From positions 1-64,000 of IMG/VR virus record IMGVR_UViG_3300036785_000488: 64,000 bases of DNA, one strand, 5' to 3'. The notes below the pieces were generated by a model. It made no database searches. It was not told the origin of the DNA and worked only from the letters and a program-made list of their open reading frames with translations. This stretch comes from a virus. Position 1 is the stretch's first letter. The number at the start of each line of letters is the position of its first letter. Shown here piece by piece: positions 1 through 10,246 of this stretch. The translations under genes and the position numbers were made by a program.

Positions 1-268
1 CGGCGAGTTCACCGGTTGCACCAATGGAGCCGGTCAGATCTTCGTGCCCTTTGGCACCCCGATGGGCACGGTGCAAGCCTTCGTCGCCACCAAGATGCCG
101 CCCGAACAACCCGCCCAGCCCTGCCCACCGTACAACTGGATCGAGGCCCAGATCACTCTGATGGGAGCTTCAGGGTATGGAGCTGTGGTGCAGTTCTCCC
201 ACGACTACTCGTGGCAAGCGGGCATGTGGGTCACGCTGACCTGGATCGCCATCGGGATGTTCAACTAA
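1..268 (+). CDS. 3' end of a putative virion/tail protein (truncated by window edge)
   Basis: Its stop overlaps the next ATG (TAATG at 266-270). The C-terminus (VTLTWIAIG) resembles that of the next gene (VALCWIVMG). Confidence 0.55.
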   Translation, partial: GEFTGCTNGAGQIFVPFGTPMGTVQAFVATKMPPEQPAQPCPPYNWIEAQITLMGASGYGAVVQFSHDYSWQAGMWVTLTWIAIGMFN

Positions 269-1134
269 TGCCAGCCTCGTACCCGGCTTCAATCAAATCG
301 TTCCTCACCTATCAGGACCAGCCTGGACAACCAGGCCACATCGTCTCGGACCCTGAGAAGCCGGGACAGTTACCACCCGCCACCGTCGATCTCACCATCG
401 ACCGGGCCAGAATCACCAATGAGATCCATGAAGAAATAATCGCCATGGAGCAGAACCTCGGCCTGCGCTCTGACTGGGGGAAGTACTACGGCCTTTCCAT
501 AGGCAAAAACATCGACGCGCTTTTCAACGGCAAAGCGAACGGTCACCCAGACCCGACCAACAACGCCATCTACCCGCTACCACCGCCGTCGCACAACCAC
601 ATTCACGCCGAACTCAGCAACAAAAATGCCGACGACCATCCCCAGTACATGCGCGTCGATGGTGCCAGAGGCTTCACCCAACCGGTAGCCGGTCAGTGGG
701 CCACGGCGCTGAACCACCTTGTTCCTCTCGCCCAGGCCCAGAGTGCCAACTTCGTCACCTACAACCAGGTTGAATTCCTCATCTGGACCACGGTGAGCGA
801 GAATTGTCCCTACCCCATCGCCGGTCCACAGTGGACGGCTCAGCGTTATCGCATGACCGGTGGAGTCACTTCCGGGTACACCAACTCCAACGGCATGCTG
901 CGCGTCGACTACAGCGCCGCCAACTTCGGTGGCATCCTCACCTTCGTCTTCATGAAGATGCCCTTCCCTGGAGGGAGTATCGCCTACCCCGGTGCGTACA
1001 CATACCGCTACGAAGAGGATCAATTGTTGCTCTACGAGGTCGACAACAACGGTGCCTGGATCACCTTCCAAGAAGACCTCACGGTGGACCGGCAAGCACT
1101 GGTCGCCTTGTGCTGGATCGTCATGGGGGCCTAA
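268..1134 (+). CDS. Putative minor tail/tail-fibre-associated protein
   Basis: Starts MPASYPASIKSF, coupled to the upstream stop. Has a DDHPQY motif common in tail proteins. Confidence 0.6.
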   Translation: MPASYPASIKSFLTYQDQPGQPGHIVSDPEKPGQLPPATVDLTIDRARITNEIHEEIIAMEQNLGLRSDWGKYYGLSIGKNIDALFNGKANGHPDPTNNAIYPLPPPSHNHIHAELSNKNADDHPQYMRVDGARGFTQPVAGQWATALNHLVPLAQAQSANFVTYNQVEFLIWTTVSENCPYPIAGPQWTAQRYRMTGGVTSGYTNSNGMLRVDYSAANFGGILTFVFMKMPFPGGSIAYPGAYTYRYEEDQLLLYEVDNNGAWITFQEDLTVDRQALVALCWIVMGA

Positions 1135-3792
1135 GTGGGCGTATACGGCATTGACGTATACAACCAAACGCACTTCGGGCGCGACCCCAGCCTGGTTAGG
1201 CCCGACTTTTCGGTGGCTCCTTTTGAGGCCATGGCCCTCGACTACTCCACCTTGCACCTGACGTGGCAGCAACCGCACTCCACAGTCATCAGTGGACAGC
1301 CCGACTGCACCTTCCTTCGGCTGATCCGCAACACCCACAACCTGTCCCAGGATGAGGACGACGGCATGTATCTGTGGGGCAACAACACGACCACACCGAC
1401 GTACTCGGATTTCGTGCAACGCACAGCGAGTTTCACCGACAGCAAACTGGGTGGGGGCTTCCACTACTACACGATGTGGGGCTGGTCCCAGAGCGAAGGC
1501 ATCTGGGTCCGCTGCTCTGATCTGATCGCCCTGGTACCACTCAACTGGGGCTACGGCTTCCAGCTCTACAACCGTCTCCCCATGGCCTACCGGGACGCCG
1601 ATGTCGTGCTCGTGGATCCGTACAACCCGTGGCCGGTGGACAGTCCTCGACCACCCCTGCAGCGGTACCTGAGCCTCCTGGGCTTCCAGATGGATTTCAT
1701 CCGCACCGAGCTGGAGTCCCTCACGAGCGTCATGGACGCCATGAACTGCTCTGGGGCGCTCTTGCCCCTCCTGGCTCAGGAGCTGGGCCTGACCAACGAG
1801 CCAGCCATCGGCATGCAGCAGGAACGCACGCTGGTCCAGAACGCCATCCATCTCTACAAGCTCAAGGGCAGCCCACGGGGGATCTCAGAGTTCGCTTCGG
1901 TCCTGACGAGCTATCCCATGGCGACGCTGACGCACCACGGCTACAACCTCCTGCTCTCCCGCGACTCCAGCGTCGCTGAGACCAGCGTCGGTTCATGGCA
2001 GACATGGCCCCCGCCGGTCACGAACTTCCCACCGCCGTCACCCCCCAACGCAACCGGTGTCACCGTGACCCGGATCCCGAACCTGTTGGCCGCGTCGCCG
2101 CCTGCGACCAACCCGGTCTCAGAAGGGCCTGGACTAGGTCCGTATCCAGGTGGGCTGCCGGGGAACCTGATCCCGCCCTACAACAACACCGGCATGTCCA
2201 TCAATGCCAGCGGTGCCGGAGACCGCTGGATCACCACGGGGCGCATTCCCATCACCGATTTCATGTCCTCGTCGTACGGTCCCGGTTACATCACCTGGAA
2301 GATCCAGATCTGGTCCTCGGTGGCACGACAGGTCAAGTTGTCGGTCTGGGGCGACGTCGGGAGCGGCACGCCGGTCTCGATCATCCCCGAGACCACCTTC
2401 ACCGAGACCGCCGGTCACTGGACGATCATGACGGTCACCGCTGCGATCAACCCGTATCCGAACGGTCCCACTCAGCAAGCGGCGTACTACTTCGTCCTGC
2501 CGGTCATCCATATCGTCGGAGCCATCCCCACCGACTCTCACTACGTGACGCTGATGGGAATCTGGCCGTGCACGCCGGGAGACATCGGTATCAACACGCC
2601 GGTCTACGACTACCCGCGCGACGTAAAGATCACCCTCAGCCCTCAGAACGCCAATCTGCTGACCAACACGCTGACGAACTTCATGTACGGCTTCGATGGA
2701 CTCAGTCCCGCCGTCGACCCGACCCAGTCGTCCACGAACTTCACCTGTGGTCTCACCATCCACTATGTGAGCTATGAGGATCCACCTGGGTCCACCGTCA
2801 ATGGTGCCGGGTACCTTCAGGTGGCGACGACCAATCCCGGAGCCACGGTGTGGTTCGGCATCTCCAACTCGTTCACCCAGCCACTACCGACTCAGCCACT
2901 GGGGTGGTTCTCCAGCCCAGCTACGACCTGGCCTCCGAGTGGTGATGCCGGTGACTGGTTCCCCAACGAGGTGATGACAGCCCAGGCGGCGAACTGGTTC
3001 GACCCGGTCATGGGCTGGTTTTTTGAGTCCCCTTTCTTCGGAACATCGACGTTGGTCAACATGGTGGCTACTTCGTCAATGGGAGTGAACAGCGCACCGG
3101 CACCACCACCAACCACCGACTTGTACTTCACTCAAGGCACACCCGTCCCCCAGGGCAACTGGTTCCCTGTCGCCACCCAACCACCGCTGAACGGAAACCT
3201 CGCGCCCTTCACGGTTCCGGCGAACCAGCCGTTCAACTTCAGCGTCTACGCCGACTACCTCTCAGTCGTGGACCCCTCCAACGCCGTCATGCAGATGGGC
3301 TTCCGGTGGTATTACCCCGACGGCACCTGGCAGGAGATCTCTACCCAGTACGTCCTGACCAACACGCTGACCCGGTACTCGATCCCACCCGACGTCTCCC
3401 TGGGATTCCCGCCTAACGAGCCGTACACCGGGATCCAGCCGACGACGATGTACCCCTTCGTCCGCTTCCCCTACGCCCAGTCGTCACTTTTCGGACTGAA
3501 CTCAGCCATGCTGTCGCCGGGAGTGACTCTGACGCCCTACTTCGACAGCACCATGTTCCCTGGGAACCATGACTACGTCGAAGACTCCCACGGCGGGAGC
3601 TACTACTACCGACAACGATCACCTCGGACGCTGCGCCTGGAGTCAGTGCTCTATAAATGGATCCCCATGGGAGCCAGTCACACCGAGATTTTTGGAGCTG
3701 GCGGGGCGCTCACCCCGCTCGACCCGACAATGTGGACCCACCCGGCCATGGCCTTCATCGGAAACTCCGGCCTGACCGCCACGGCGTCGTAG
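1135..3792 (+). CDS. Baseplate wedge/tail protein (P2 gpI-like domain plus beta-rich C-terminus)
   Basis: LLPLLAQELGL...AIHLYKLKGSPRGI is a gpI-like motif; 885 aa; FN3-like N-terminus. Confidence 0.75.
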   Translation: MGVYGIDVYNQTHFGRDPSLVRPDFSVAPFEAMALDYSTLHLTWQQPHSTVISGQPDCTFLRLIRNTHNLSQDEDDGMYLWGNNTTTPTYSDFVQRTASFTDSKLGGGFHYYTMWGWSQSEGIWVRCSDLIALVPLNWGYGFQLYNRLPMAYRDADVVLVDPYNPWPVDSPRPPLQRYLSLLGFQMDFIRTELESLTSVMDAMNCSGALLPLLAQELGLTNEPAIGMQQERTLVQNAIHLYKLKGSPRGISEFASVLTSYPMATLTHHGYNLLLSRDSSVAETSVGSWQTWPPPVTNFPPPSPPNATGVTVTRIPNLLAASPPATNPVSEGPGLGPYPGGLPGNLIPPYNNTGMSINASGAGDRWITTGRIPITDFMSSSYGPGYITWKIQIWSSVARQVKLSVWGDVGSGTPVSIIPETTFTETAGHWTIMTVTAAINPYPNGPTQQAAYYFVLPVIHIVGAIPTDSHYVTLMGIWPCTPGDIGINTPVYDYPRDVKITLSPQNANLLTNTLTNFMYGFDGLSPAVDPTQSSTNFTCGLTIHYVSYEDPPGSTVNGAGYLQVATTNPGATVWFGISNSFTQPLPTQPLGWFSSPATTWPPSGDAGDWFPNEVMTAQAANWFDPVMGWFFESPFFGTSTLVNMVATSSMGVNSAPAPPPTTDLYFTQGTPVPQGNWFPVATQPPLNGNLAPFTVPANQPFNFSVYADYLSVVDPSNAVMQMGFRWYYPDGTWQEISTQYVLTNTLTRYSIPPDVSLGFPPNEPYTGIQPTTMYPFVRFPYAQSSLFGLNSAMLSPGVTLTPYFDSTMFPGNHDYVEDSHGGSYYYRQRSPRTLRLESVLYKWIPMGASHTEIFGAGGALTPLDPTMWTHPAMAFIGNSGLTATAS

Positions 3793-4103
3793 TGGGGGTA
3801 GACCTCGGGTACATGGTCCTCATCGCCCTGGGGACCTACAAGCTCACCGAGTTGTACAAGGAGCTATACCGGCGCTACCTGGGGAACCGGCAGGTGGCCT
3901 GGTGGAAGAGCATTGTCAGCCTGTGCTTCGCCGCCGTCCTGACCCTCCTCGTAGTTGATCGCGATGTCCGCACCAAGGTGCTCATAGGAGCTGGTGCCTG
4001 GGGGTTGTCGGCGCTGTTACACGCCCTCGATACAGTGCTCCGCAGCCACCGTGACGACATGGTGGCGAGCGTGTATAACCGGCAAAATGCGCGGCGGCAC
4101 TAG
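3792..4103 (+). CDS. Small membrane protein, holin-like
   Basis: About three hydrophobic segments and a basic C-terminus. The GTG overlaps the upstream TAG, at the end of a tail operon. Confidence 0.55.
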   Translation: MGVDLGYMVLIALGTYKLTELYKELYRRYLGNRQVAWWKSIVSLCFAAVLTLLVVDRDVRTKVLIGAGAWGLSALLHALDTVLRSHRDDMVASVYNRQNARRH

Positions 4104-4166
4104 ACGTACTGGCACTCATCGTTATACAGTGCCAGACACACACCTCCTCACAGCCGGTGTTGGGAG

Positions 4167-4200
4167 AAAAGCGGTCCCATTGGGGACCGCTTTTCTTTTT
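4167..4200 (+). terminator. Intrinsic (bidirectional) terminator
   Basis: AAAAGCGGTCCC-ATTG-GGGACCGCTTTT followed by a T run. Confidence 0.85.
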
Positions 4201-4279
4201 GTCGAACAAAATTCCGCAAATCGACTCATGGAGCTTCACCACGCACTAATAGTGGGTCCTTCCCCCGAAAGGAGCCGCC

Positions 4280-5254
4280 ATGGCGCAGAAGCAAGGTCTG
4301 ACAATCGCCTTCCTCGGCACAGGAAGGATGGACATCAACAACGCCACCGACCTGATCGAGGAGCTAATCGACGCCGTCGTCCCCAGCGAAGACGACCCGG
4401 TCAAGTTCGTCTTCCCGCTCACCACCGCCGAGTTCTCCGAGACGTTGGAAGACCTCGTCAAGATGGCAAAGAAGTCGGAGATCGCCTACGAGGTCGTCAC
4501 GCACACCGAGGACAAGGGGCGGCGCGCCTTCATCGACATCGCTGAGGGAGCGTCGAAGAAGTACCACGTAGCCGACGTGTACACCCAGATCGAGCAGATC
4601 CTCACCGAGGCCCCCACGTCGGTCTTAGAGGTGCTCTGGGACGACAAGCGCGAGGAGGAGCTGACCGAGATCCTCAACGGCTTCCTCGACGCCGGAGTCG
4701 ACGTCAGGGACCTCACCGACGGCAACGTGCCCATGGCCGAGGACGAGGGCGAGGACGTTGCCACGACAGAGCAGATCGAGACTGGAGAAGCGATCCCCGT
4801 GGCCGACGAGGAGACCGGAGAAATCATCGAGGAGGCCCAGCAGATCTTCACCCGCACCGACCTGGAAAAGATGGGGCGCGCCGAGGTACGCGAGATCACC
4901 CTCAAGCTGGGTCTACCGCCCCGCAAGGCGACCGCCGCCATGGTCGAGGCCATCTTGGAGGCCCAGGGCGGCTACCCCCAGGACGAAGCTCCGGTCGAGA
5001 CCCAGCCGGAGATGACGGTCGAGGTTATGACCAGCGAGATAGACCTGACCACCGGCACGCTGACCCAGGCGATCAGCGAGTTCCCCGGCCAGCTCCACGC
5101 CGTGCTCGACCAGTTCCTGACTGACCTCTCTAAGACCATCGAGGGCCTGATCTTCAACCTGATCCCCGAGGAGCCGATGCCGGTCGAGGAGCCGAAGATG
5201 ACCGGCCCGCCGACCAGTGCTGGTACTACGACGGCTCGCCGCCTACGGCGGTGA
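4280..5254 (+). CDS. Acidic protein with Rho-N/HeH-like helical motif
   Basis: Strong RBS (GAAAGGAG). Motif TRTDLEKMGRAEVREITLKLGLPPRKATAAMVEAILEAQ. Confidence 0.75.
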   Translation: MAQKQGLTIAFLGTGRMDINNATDLIEELIDAVVPSEDDPVKFVFPLTTAEFSETLEDLVKMAKKSEIAYEVVTHTEDKGRRAFIDIAEGASKKYHVADVYTQIEQILTEAPTSVLEVLWDDKREEELTEILNGFLDAGVDVRDLTDGNVPMAEDEGEDVATTEQIETGEAIPVADEETGEIIEEAQQIFTRTDLEKMGRAEVREITLKLGLPPRKATAAMVEAILEAQGGYPQDEAPVETQPEMTVEVMTSEIDLTTGTLTQAISEFPGQLHAVLDQFLTDLSKTIEGLIFNLIPEEPMPVEEPKMTGPPTSAGTTTARRLRR

Positions 5255-5475
5255 CCAGACGGCTCGTCCGCAAGAAGCCCGAGCCGTCAGAAGAGGAGAA
5301 GCCGCTACCGCTCCTCTACAACGCCGCCGACGCCTGCTTCATGCTGGGCAAGATCTCCGAGGGGCTGCTGTGGAAGCTCGTGCAGGACGACAAGCTGCAC
5401 CCGATCAAGGTCGGGCGGCGCTCACTGTTCACTCGGGGAGAGCTGGAGCGTTTTGTTCGGGAACGCGCCGGGTGA
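5251..5475 (+). CDS. Excisionase-like helix-turn-helix DNA-binding protein
   Basis: LLYNAADACFMLGKIS...KLHPIKVGRRSLFTRGELERF, an HTH_17-like pattern. Confidence 0.8.
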   Translation: MTRRLVRKKPEPSEEEKPLPLLYNAADACFMLGKISEGLLWKLVQDDKLHPIKVGRRSLFTRGELERFVRERAG

Positions 5476-5932
5476 AATCACCTTCCGGATCGACAAAAAC
5501 AGGGTGCTCCAAACCGGGCACCCGGACCCAGATGCCATAGTCCAGAACCTCCAGGACGTATCCGGCACCGATCTGTTGCACATGATCACGGCCCTGGGGG
5601 GCGGTTCGGTATTCTATGTACTCCCCCGCCTGGAGGGGGAGGTTTTCCCCGTCCCCCTCCAGGCTCCCCTCATCCTCTTCCTCTCCCCCATCCTCATCCT
5701 CCTCCAGGGCTTCCCACACCCGCGGTGAGCGCGCCTCGGTCGTGGTGACCAGAGAGAGTCCATGCGAGAGCAGCCAGTGCACCAACCCCGGCGGCGGATC
5801 GAAGGCGTCGAGGTTGTCCTCGCCCAGGATCCCAAGCAGGCCCATGATCTGACCGGCCACGGTCTCCACGTCGCTGTCGCGATATTCCTCCAGGAGCACG
5901 CAGAGGTTGTCATAGGTCTGGGCGTAGCTCAC
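5429..5932 (-). CDS. Hypothetical acidic protein
   Basis: GTGA overlap with the upstream gene; typical codon usage. Confidence 0.6.
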   Translation of the reverse strand: MSYAQTYDNLCVLLEEYRDSDVETVAGQIMGLLGILGEDNLDAFDPPPGLVHWLLSHGLSLVTTTEARSPRVWEALEEDEDGGEEEDEGSLEGDGENLPLQAGEYIEYRTAPQGRDHVQQIGAGYVLEVLDYGIWVRVPGLEHPVFVDPEGDFTRRVPEQNAPALPE

Positions 5933-6147
5933 TCTGGGGCACGCACCGGGCCATGGAACTGGGTCATGTGCTTCTCCCACTCCTCACGGGTCTCGTAGAG
6001 ATCCTCAACCTGGTCGCCGCGGAGGCCGAACCGGGCGATGCACAGACGGCAGCCGATCCGGTACGGGCCACCGGACGAGATCGTCACCGGCTCATCCCAT
6101 TCGATGTCCGGATAGCTGTGCCGCAGCTCCGCGTCAGTCGTCGCCAC
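5929..6147 (-). CDS. Small Zn-binding hypothetical protein
   Basis: CRLC...H...H; part of a coupled operon. Confidence 0.65.
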   Translation of the reverse strand: MATTDAELRHSYPDIEWDEPVTISSGGPYRIGCRLCIARFGLRGDQVEDLYETREEWEKHMTQFHGPVRAPE

Positions 6148-6445
6148 GACTCAACCGTATGCGGATCATGCCCTGGGTCGGATGCACAATGACCATCTCG
6201 TGGGGGTTCATCAACGGGGTCACCAGCTCCAGGTCGTAGGTCTCGATCTTACGAAGCTCCCCGAACTCCTCGACGCTGCCCCCCACGGCCCGCCACAGCC
6301 CCGGATTGCCGTCACGGAAGCCGAAGAGGTAGATGTCCCGCCCCGACGTCAGGTCGCTGAAGGAACCGAGGGTATCGCCGGGGCCGAGCTGGCCGACGGT
6401 GTCCCACTCCTCGCCGTCGCGGGTGAACTCGCAGAGGACCTTCAT
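6134..6445 (-). CDS. Hypothetical protein
   Basis: ATGA coupling with the upstream gene. Confidence 0.6.
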   Translation of the reverse strand: MKVLCEFTRDGEEWDTVGQLGPGDTLGSFSDLTSGRDIYLFGFRDGNPGLWRAVGGSVEEFGELRKIETYDLELVTPLMNPHEMVIVHPTQGMIRIRLSRGDD

Positions 6446-6750
6446 CTCACCCCACTCACCCACTCGACCGGCAGTCCCTCTGACACCATCTGTACTACCC
6501 GGTTGTGCCCTTCCTGCGCCTCTGCGACCGTCGACCACCGCCACAGGTACTCGTCCAACCCACCGCCGAACACCATCGTTTCAAAGATCAAGGGAGGACC
6601 GTGGCCGAAAGAGTGATCGATGCCTAGCCAGACAGTCGAGACCATGACGTCCCCGATAGCGGTCTTGTCGATGCCGTTACCGAAACCGAATGCGACCATC
6701 CATTCCTCATGCTCCATGGGATTGCCGTCACGGTCGTAGTACAGAGCCAC
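6442..6750 (-). CDS. Phage hypothetical protein (VSTVWLGIDHSF...PLIFETMVF type)
   Basis: A motif I recognise from small phage proteins. Confidence 0.65.
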   Translation of the reverse strand: MALYYDRDGNPMEHEEWMVAFGFGNGIDKTAIGDVMVSTVWLGIDHSFGHGPPLIFETMVFGGGLDEYLWRWSTVAEAQEGHNRVVQMVSEGLPVEWVSGVR

Positions 6751-6757
6751 GACGAGG

Positions 6758-7084
6758 TCACCGGTCGTCGGGGTCGGGATCGATGCGATTGCGCTCGTCA
6801 CGCATGCTGTGCACAAACGCCGCTGCGGCGTCTGGAGGCAGTTCGACATCACGCACCAGCATGCCCATCACGACGGCGTCCTGTACTGCTGCCTCGGCTG
6901 AAGCCAAGAAGTTGAGCGCCATCTTGCGGACCTCGTCGGGATCGAGTTGGCCCGACATGAACGAGCCGTCCTCGGCCAGAGCGCGCACGGTAAGGAAGCC
7001 CCGGTACTCACCGCCCTCCCTCTCGGCCAGACCGGACATGACCTCAATCCCCGTCAGACCCTCCCAGTGCTTCGCCATACTCAT
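6758..7084 (-). CDS. Hypothetical protein
   Basis: ATGA coupling with 7081..8037. Confidence 0.6.
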   Translation of the reverse strand: MSMAKHWEGLTGIEVMSGLAEREGGEYRGFLTVRALAEDGSFMSGQLDPDEVRKMALNFLASAEAAVQDAVVMGMLVRDVELPPDAAAAFVHSMRDERNRIDPDPDDR

Positions 7085-8037
7085 CGCACCAGCGCCCGCA
7101 CAGTTTCGCGCACCTTGAGCGGCTTGTCCTCGGGACCCTTGACGTATGCCTCGATCAGCTTCGGAGCATGCTGGGCCTTGGACGGGTACCATTGATTCCT
7201 CCAATGCGCTCCCACGAGCCAGCGGTGCGAGTACTCGACCCCTCCCTCCCTCTGACGGGACCCGTGCATCTCTGGCTCTCGCAGCCGGATCACCCGGACG
7301 TCAGGGAGTACCTTGTTCTGTCTCGCGGCCTGGCGCTCCACCTGACGGCTGTAGGGACGCTCTCGTGTCTCGATGGTGATCTTCTGGCTCGCCAGCGCCC
7401 AGAACGTCGAGAGCAGCTTTCGGTCCTCCATCATTGAGACCTTCTTGATGTCGGTCGGAGGGAGCCAGGGGAACTCAGAGGTCATCGCATCAAAGGGCCA
7501 CTCCGAGCCACCGGTCGGCATGAGTCGAGGCGGGTAAAGCTCTCGGAACTTCTCCTGCTCCCGTTCGTTCAAGGTCTGGTAGGCCATGACGGTGTCACGC
7601 CAGGCGTAGGTGGAGATCGACAGTGACGGGCCGAGCTGGAACATGGTCACCGGCCCCCACAGGAACGCCGACGTCCAGATCGTGCGGCCTTCGATGTCCG
7701 AGTCAGTACCGGCGACCGGCTTGGCGAACATGACGAGCGCAGTGTGGACGGGGGGCTGAGGGATCGTGTCGGGGATTGAGGGAGCCAATGTCTCGATCAC
7801 GTCGGTCATCTCAGGCGACACCCAGTACAGCTCAGCCGACTTGAACGCTTCGTGCATCCACCAGCGCATCTCTTCGGCTTCTCGTTCCCTGTCGTGGTTC
7901 CAGCCCTTGGCGACCTTTTCACGACCCTGCATGGCGAAGAGATGCTGCAGCTCGCCCTTCTTCGACCACCAGCGCGTCAGCATGTCGCGGTGGTGCACGA
8001 CGTCTTGGGGATGCAGGGACTGGAGGAACTCAGTCAC
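7081..8037 (-). CDS. Conserved-type actinophage hypothetical protein
   Basis: 318 aa; C-terminal HRWLVGAHWRNQWYPS...YVKGP motif. Confidence 0.75.
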   Translation of the reverse strand: MTEFLQSLHPQDVVHHRDMLTRWWSKKGELQHLFAMQGREKVAKGWNHDREREAEEMRWWMHEAFKSAELYWVSPEMTDVIETLAPSIPDTIPQPPVHTALVMFAKPVAGTDSDIEGRTIWTSAFLWGPVTMFQLGPSLSISTYAWRDTVMAYQTLNEREQEKFRELYPPRLMPTGGSEWPFDAMTSEFPWLPPTDIKKVSMMEDRKLLSTFWALASQKITIETRERPYSRQVERQAARQNKVLPDVRVIRLREPEMHGSRQREGGVEYSHRWLVGAHWRNQWYPSKAQHAPKLIEAYVKGPEDKPLKVRETVRALVR

Positions 8038-8970
8038 CGTTCTTCTCCTCCAGGTACTCCTTGCGGCACTTCGGGCACAGGTCGATCTTGGGGGTGCCGA
8101 CGTAGGCCCCGCTCTTGCGGCGCTGGGCGAACACGATGCCGTGGGGGCACTTGAACTCGGCCTCGACCTCGTCAGGCATCGTCGTCCTCTCGTACCAGTT
8201 ATCGGGCCAGCTTTTCACTTCGTACCACTGGAGCTTCACGGCTCCTCCTGTATTGGTGGGGCTTCGGGCCACGCTTTCATTTCGTACCAGCCGAGGGCTG
8301 CAAGGGCGGCGCGTTCGGCGTCAGCCTTACTCATGTCCATGTTCGTGATCTGCTTTAGCGCCCTCCTCAGCCGCTCTATCTCTGCTCGTAGCTCCTTGTT
8401 TTCGTCCCGTAGCTCCGAACGCTCTACGAGGTCTTCGGCCTCATTGAGACGATCAGCGTCCATCACGGCTTCTCCTGTCGTACAAGCGCACGTATGGTGA
8501 CGTTCGCTTCCTCAAGCTGACGCCGCAGCCGCTCGTTCTCAGCTTCTAACTCATTCCAGGCATTCTCACGGGCCAGCGCCCGGACGCCACCACGGAGCAG
8601 CACCCTGGTCGCTGCCTCCATTTCTTCCTCAGTCGGCAAGTCCTCGTTAGTCATCAAGAGACCTCCAGTCCAGGGCCTCCAGGGCAATCGCGATGGCATG
8701 ATCGCCCCGGTTGCCCGCCACTCCCGCTATGCGCTTGAGCGCCGCCCGCAGCCGCTCGATCTCTGCATCGGCTTCCATGCCCAGGCGCACGTTTGTTTCG
8801 ACCAGGGGGGCCAGATAATCGACCCGTGCCCGCAGCCGCTCGTTCTCTTCCACCAACTGTTTGTTCTGTGCGACGAGGTGGGGCAGTGCGTCCTCAGAGG
8901 CATGCTTGTAGCCCTCCACGTAGTTCGCCAGGTCTCGGATGTCGTCGTTATTCACTGGGGAATCGGCCAT
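8030..8970 (-). CDS. Four small coupled genes (8030-8239 Zn-ribbon; 8236-8466, 8463-8654, 8647-8970 coiled-coil)
   Basis: Overlapping start/stop codons; recurring (A/E)E(I/N)ERLR heptads. Confidence 0.6.
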
Positions 8971-9779
8971 GCGTCCTTCGTCATCGAGGTGTAGTTCCAC
9001 TTGAGTGTCTGGACCGTGCGGCCCTCACGCCAGATGTTCCACGCCTTGAGCACGATGGCGACGTAGCGGTACGTCGGAGCGCGCCCCCGAGAGTGCCGCA
9101 GGCGGGCGTCGTTGAGACACCACTCACGCAAACGCCAGATGGGATCGTTCTTGTTCAGGCCCGCGCCTTCCTGCCAGTTCTTGAAGAAGATCTCGGCCTC
9201 CTCCTCATCGATCAGGCGCAGCCGGTGGTAGATCGCCAGTGTTGGACCTGGTCTGACTTTGGTGTAGTAGACGAGCTTGTTGATCTCCTTGGCCTCGTCC
9301 TCCAGTTCGGGGTTCCTCTCGTAGAGCGACAACAGCTCGCGCAGAGAGGGCCGCAGGGCCGAACTGGAGTAGTGGACGCTGCCGGTCTCCTCGATGTAGT
9401 TCATCTGCGCCAGCCAGCCCAGTGCGCCCGCCACGACGTTGGGGTACTTGATGCCCCGTCGGTGGAGCTGGTCGGAGAGGTTGCGGCTCAGCCCCTGGTC
9501 CATCACCTCCTGTGCTTTTGAAGGTACCCCCCGAAGGACCAGGAACTGAGCCGTCTTTTTCGCAACAACGACCGCTGTGAGGCGATGCTGGCCGTTGATG
9601 AGAATCTCTTGGTCGTCAAAAACTACCGCGTCGCCCGTCAACTCCCACTCGTCCTCTTGCAACAGACGTGCGAAAAAAAGGACCCGACTCTCCCGCAACT
9701 TGCGGTTGTCCACATTTCCCTGGAGCCACTGCTTGGCCTTGGTCGGAGAAATGCGCTCAATGGTGACCTTGGGTGTCAC
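8952..9779 (-). CDS. ParB/Srx-fold (DGQHR-like) protein
   Basis: NRKL...GDAVVFDDQEILINGQHRLTAVV. Confidence 0.75.
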   Translation of the reverse strand: MTPKVTIERISPTKAKQWLQGNVDNRKLRESRVLFFARLLQEDEWELTGDAVVFDDQEILINGQHRLTAVVVAKKTAQFLVLRGVPSKAQEVMDQGLSRNLSDQLHRRGIKYPNVVAGALGWLAQMNYIEETGSVHYSSSALRPSLRELLSLYERNPELEDEAKEINKLVYYTKVRPGPTLAIYHRLRLIDEEEAEIFFKNWQEGAGLNKNDPIWRLREWCLNDARLRHSRGRAPTYRYVAIVLKAWNIWREGRTVQTLKWNYTSMTKDAWPIPQ

Positions 9780-10063
9780 TCCTCCTCGGACTCTTCCTTC
9801 TTGACCAGCTCCGACAGGCCGTCAAGGGCCGCATCAAAAACGTCACCGCCGTTCCCAGCGGTCATGACCACACTTTCAGCGGCTTCTCGGATCCCCCGCA
9901 AGGAGATCAGTTCAGCCTGGATCCCCTCCCACTCGGTGACCGACATCGAGATCCGGTCCATCTCAAATTGGCCCTCGCGTCCGAGAGAGCCGAGGGTCTT
10001 CCACTCGCGCCCCGAAGCCTCCTGGGGCGTCAGGGGGCGCATCTCGATCTCTTCGTCAGCCAT
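9776..10063 (-). CDS. Hypothetical acidic protein
   Basis: RBS present; coupled to the ParB-like gene. Confidence 0.55.
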   Translation of the reverse strand: MADEEIEMRPLTPQEASGREWKTLGSLGREGQFEMDRISMSVTEWEGIQAELISLRGIREAAESVVMTAGNGGDVFDAALDGLSELVKKEESEEE

Positions 10064-10246
10064 CCAGATTCCCTTCGTTGTCAGTCCCCCTCTTTCTTCG
10101 CCGTCGGATAATGCGCCATGAACCTCTCTTCGCCCGAGGCTCGATAGATCTGGGGAACTCCTCCGCACACGGGGCAGGCTGCCCACCGCACGGGTCCGAC
10201 CCATCGGTAAGACCCCTCACAGTAAAGCGAGGCCGGATGCGTCCGC

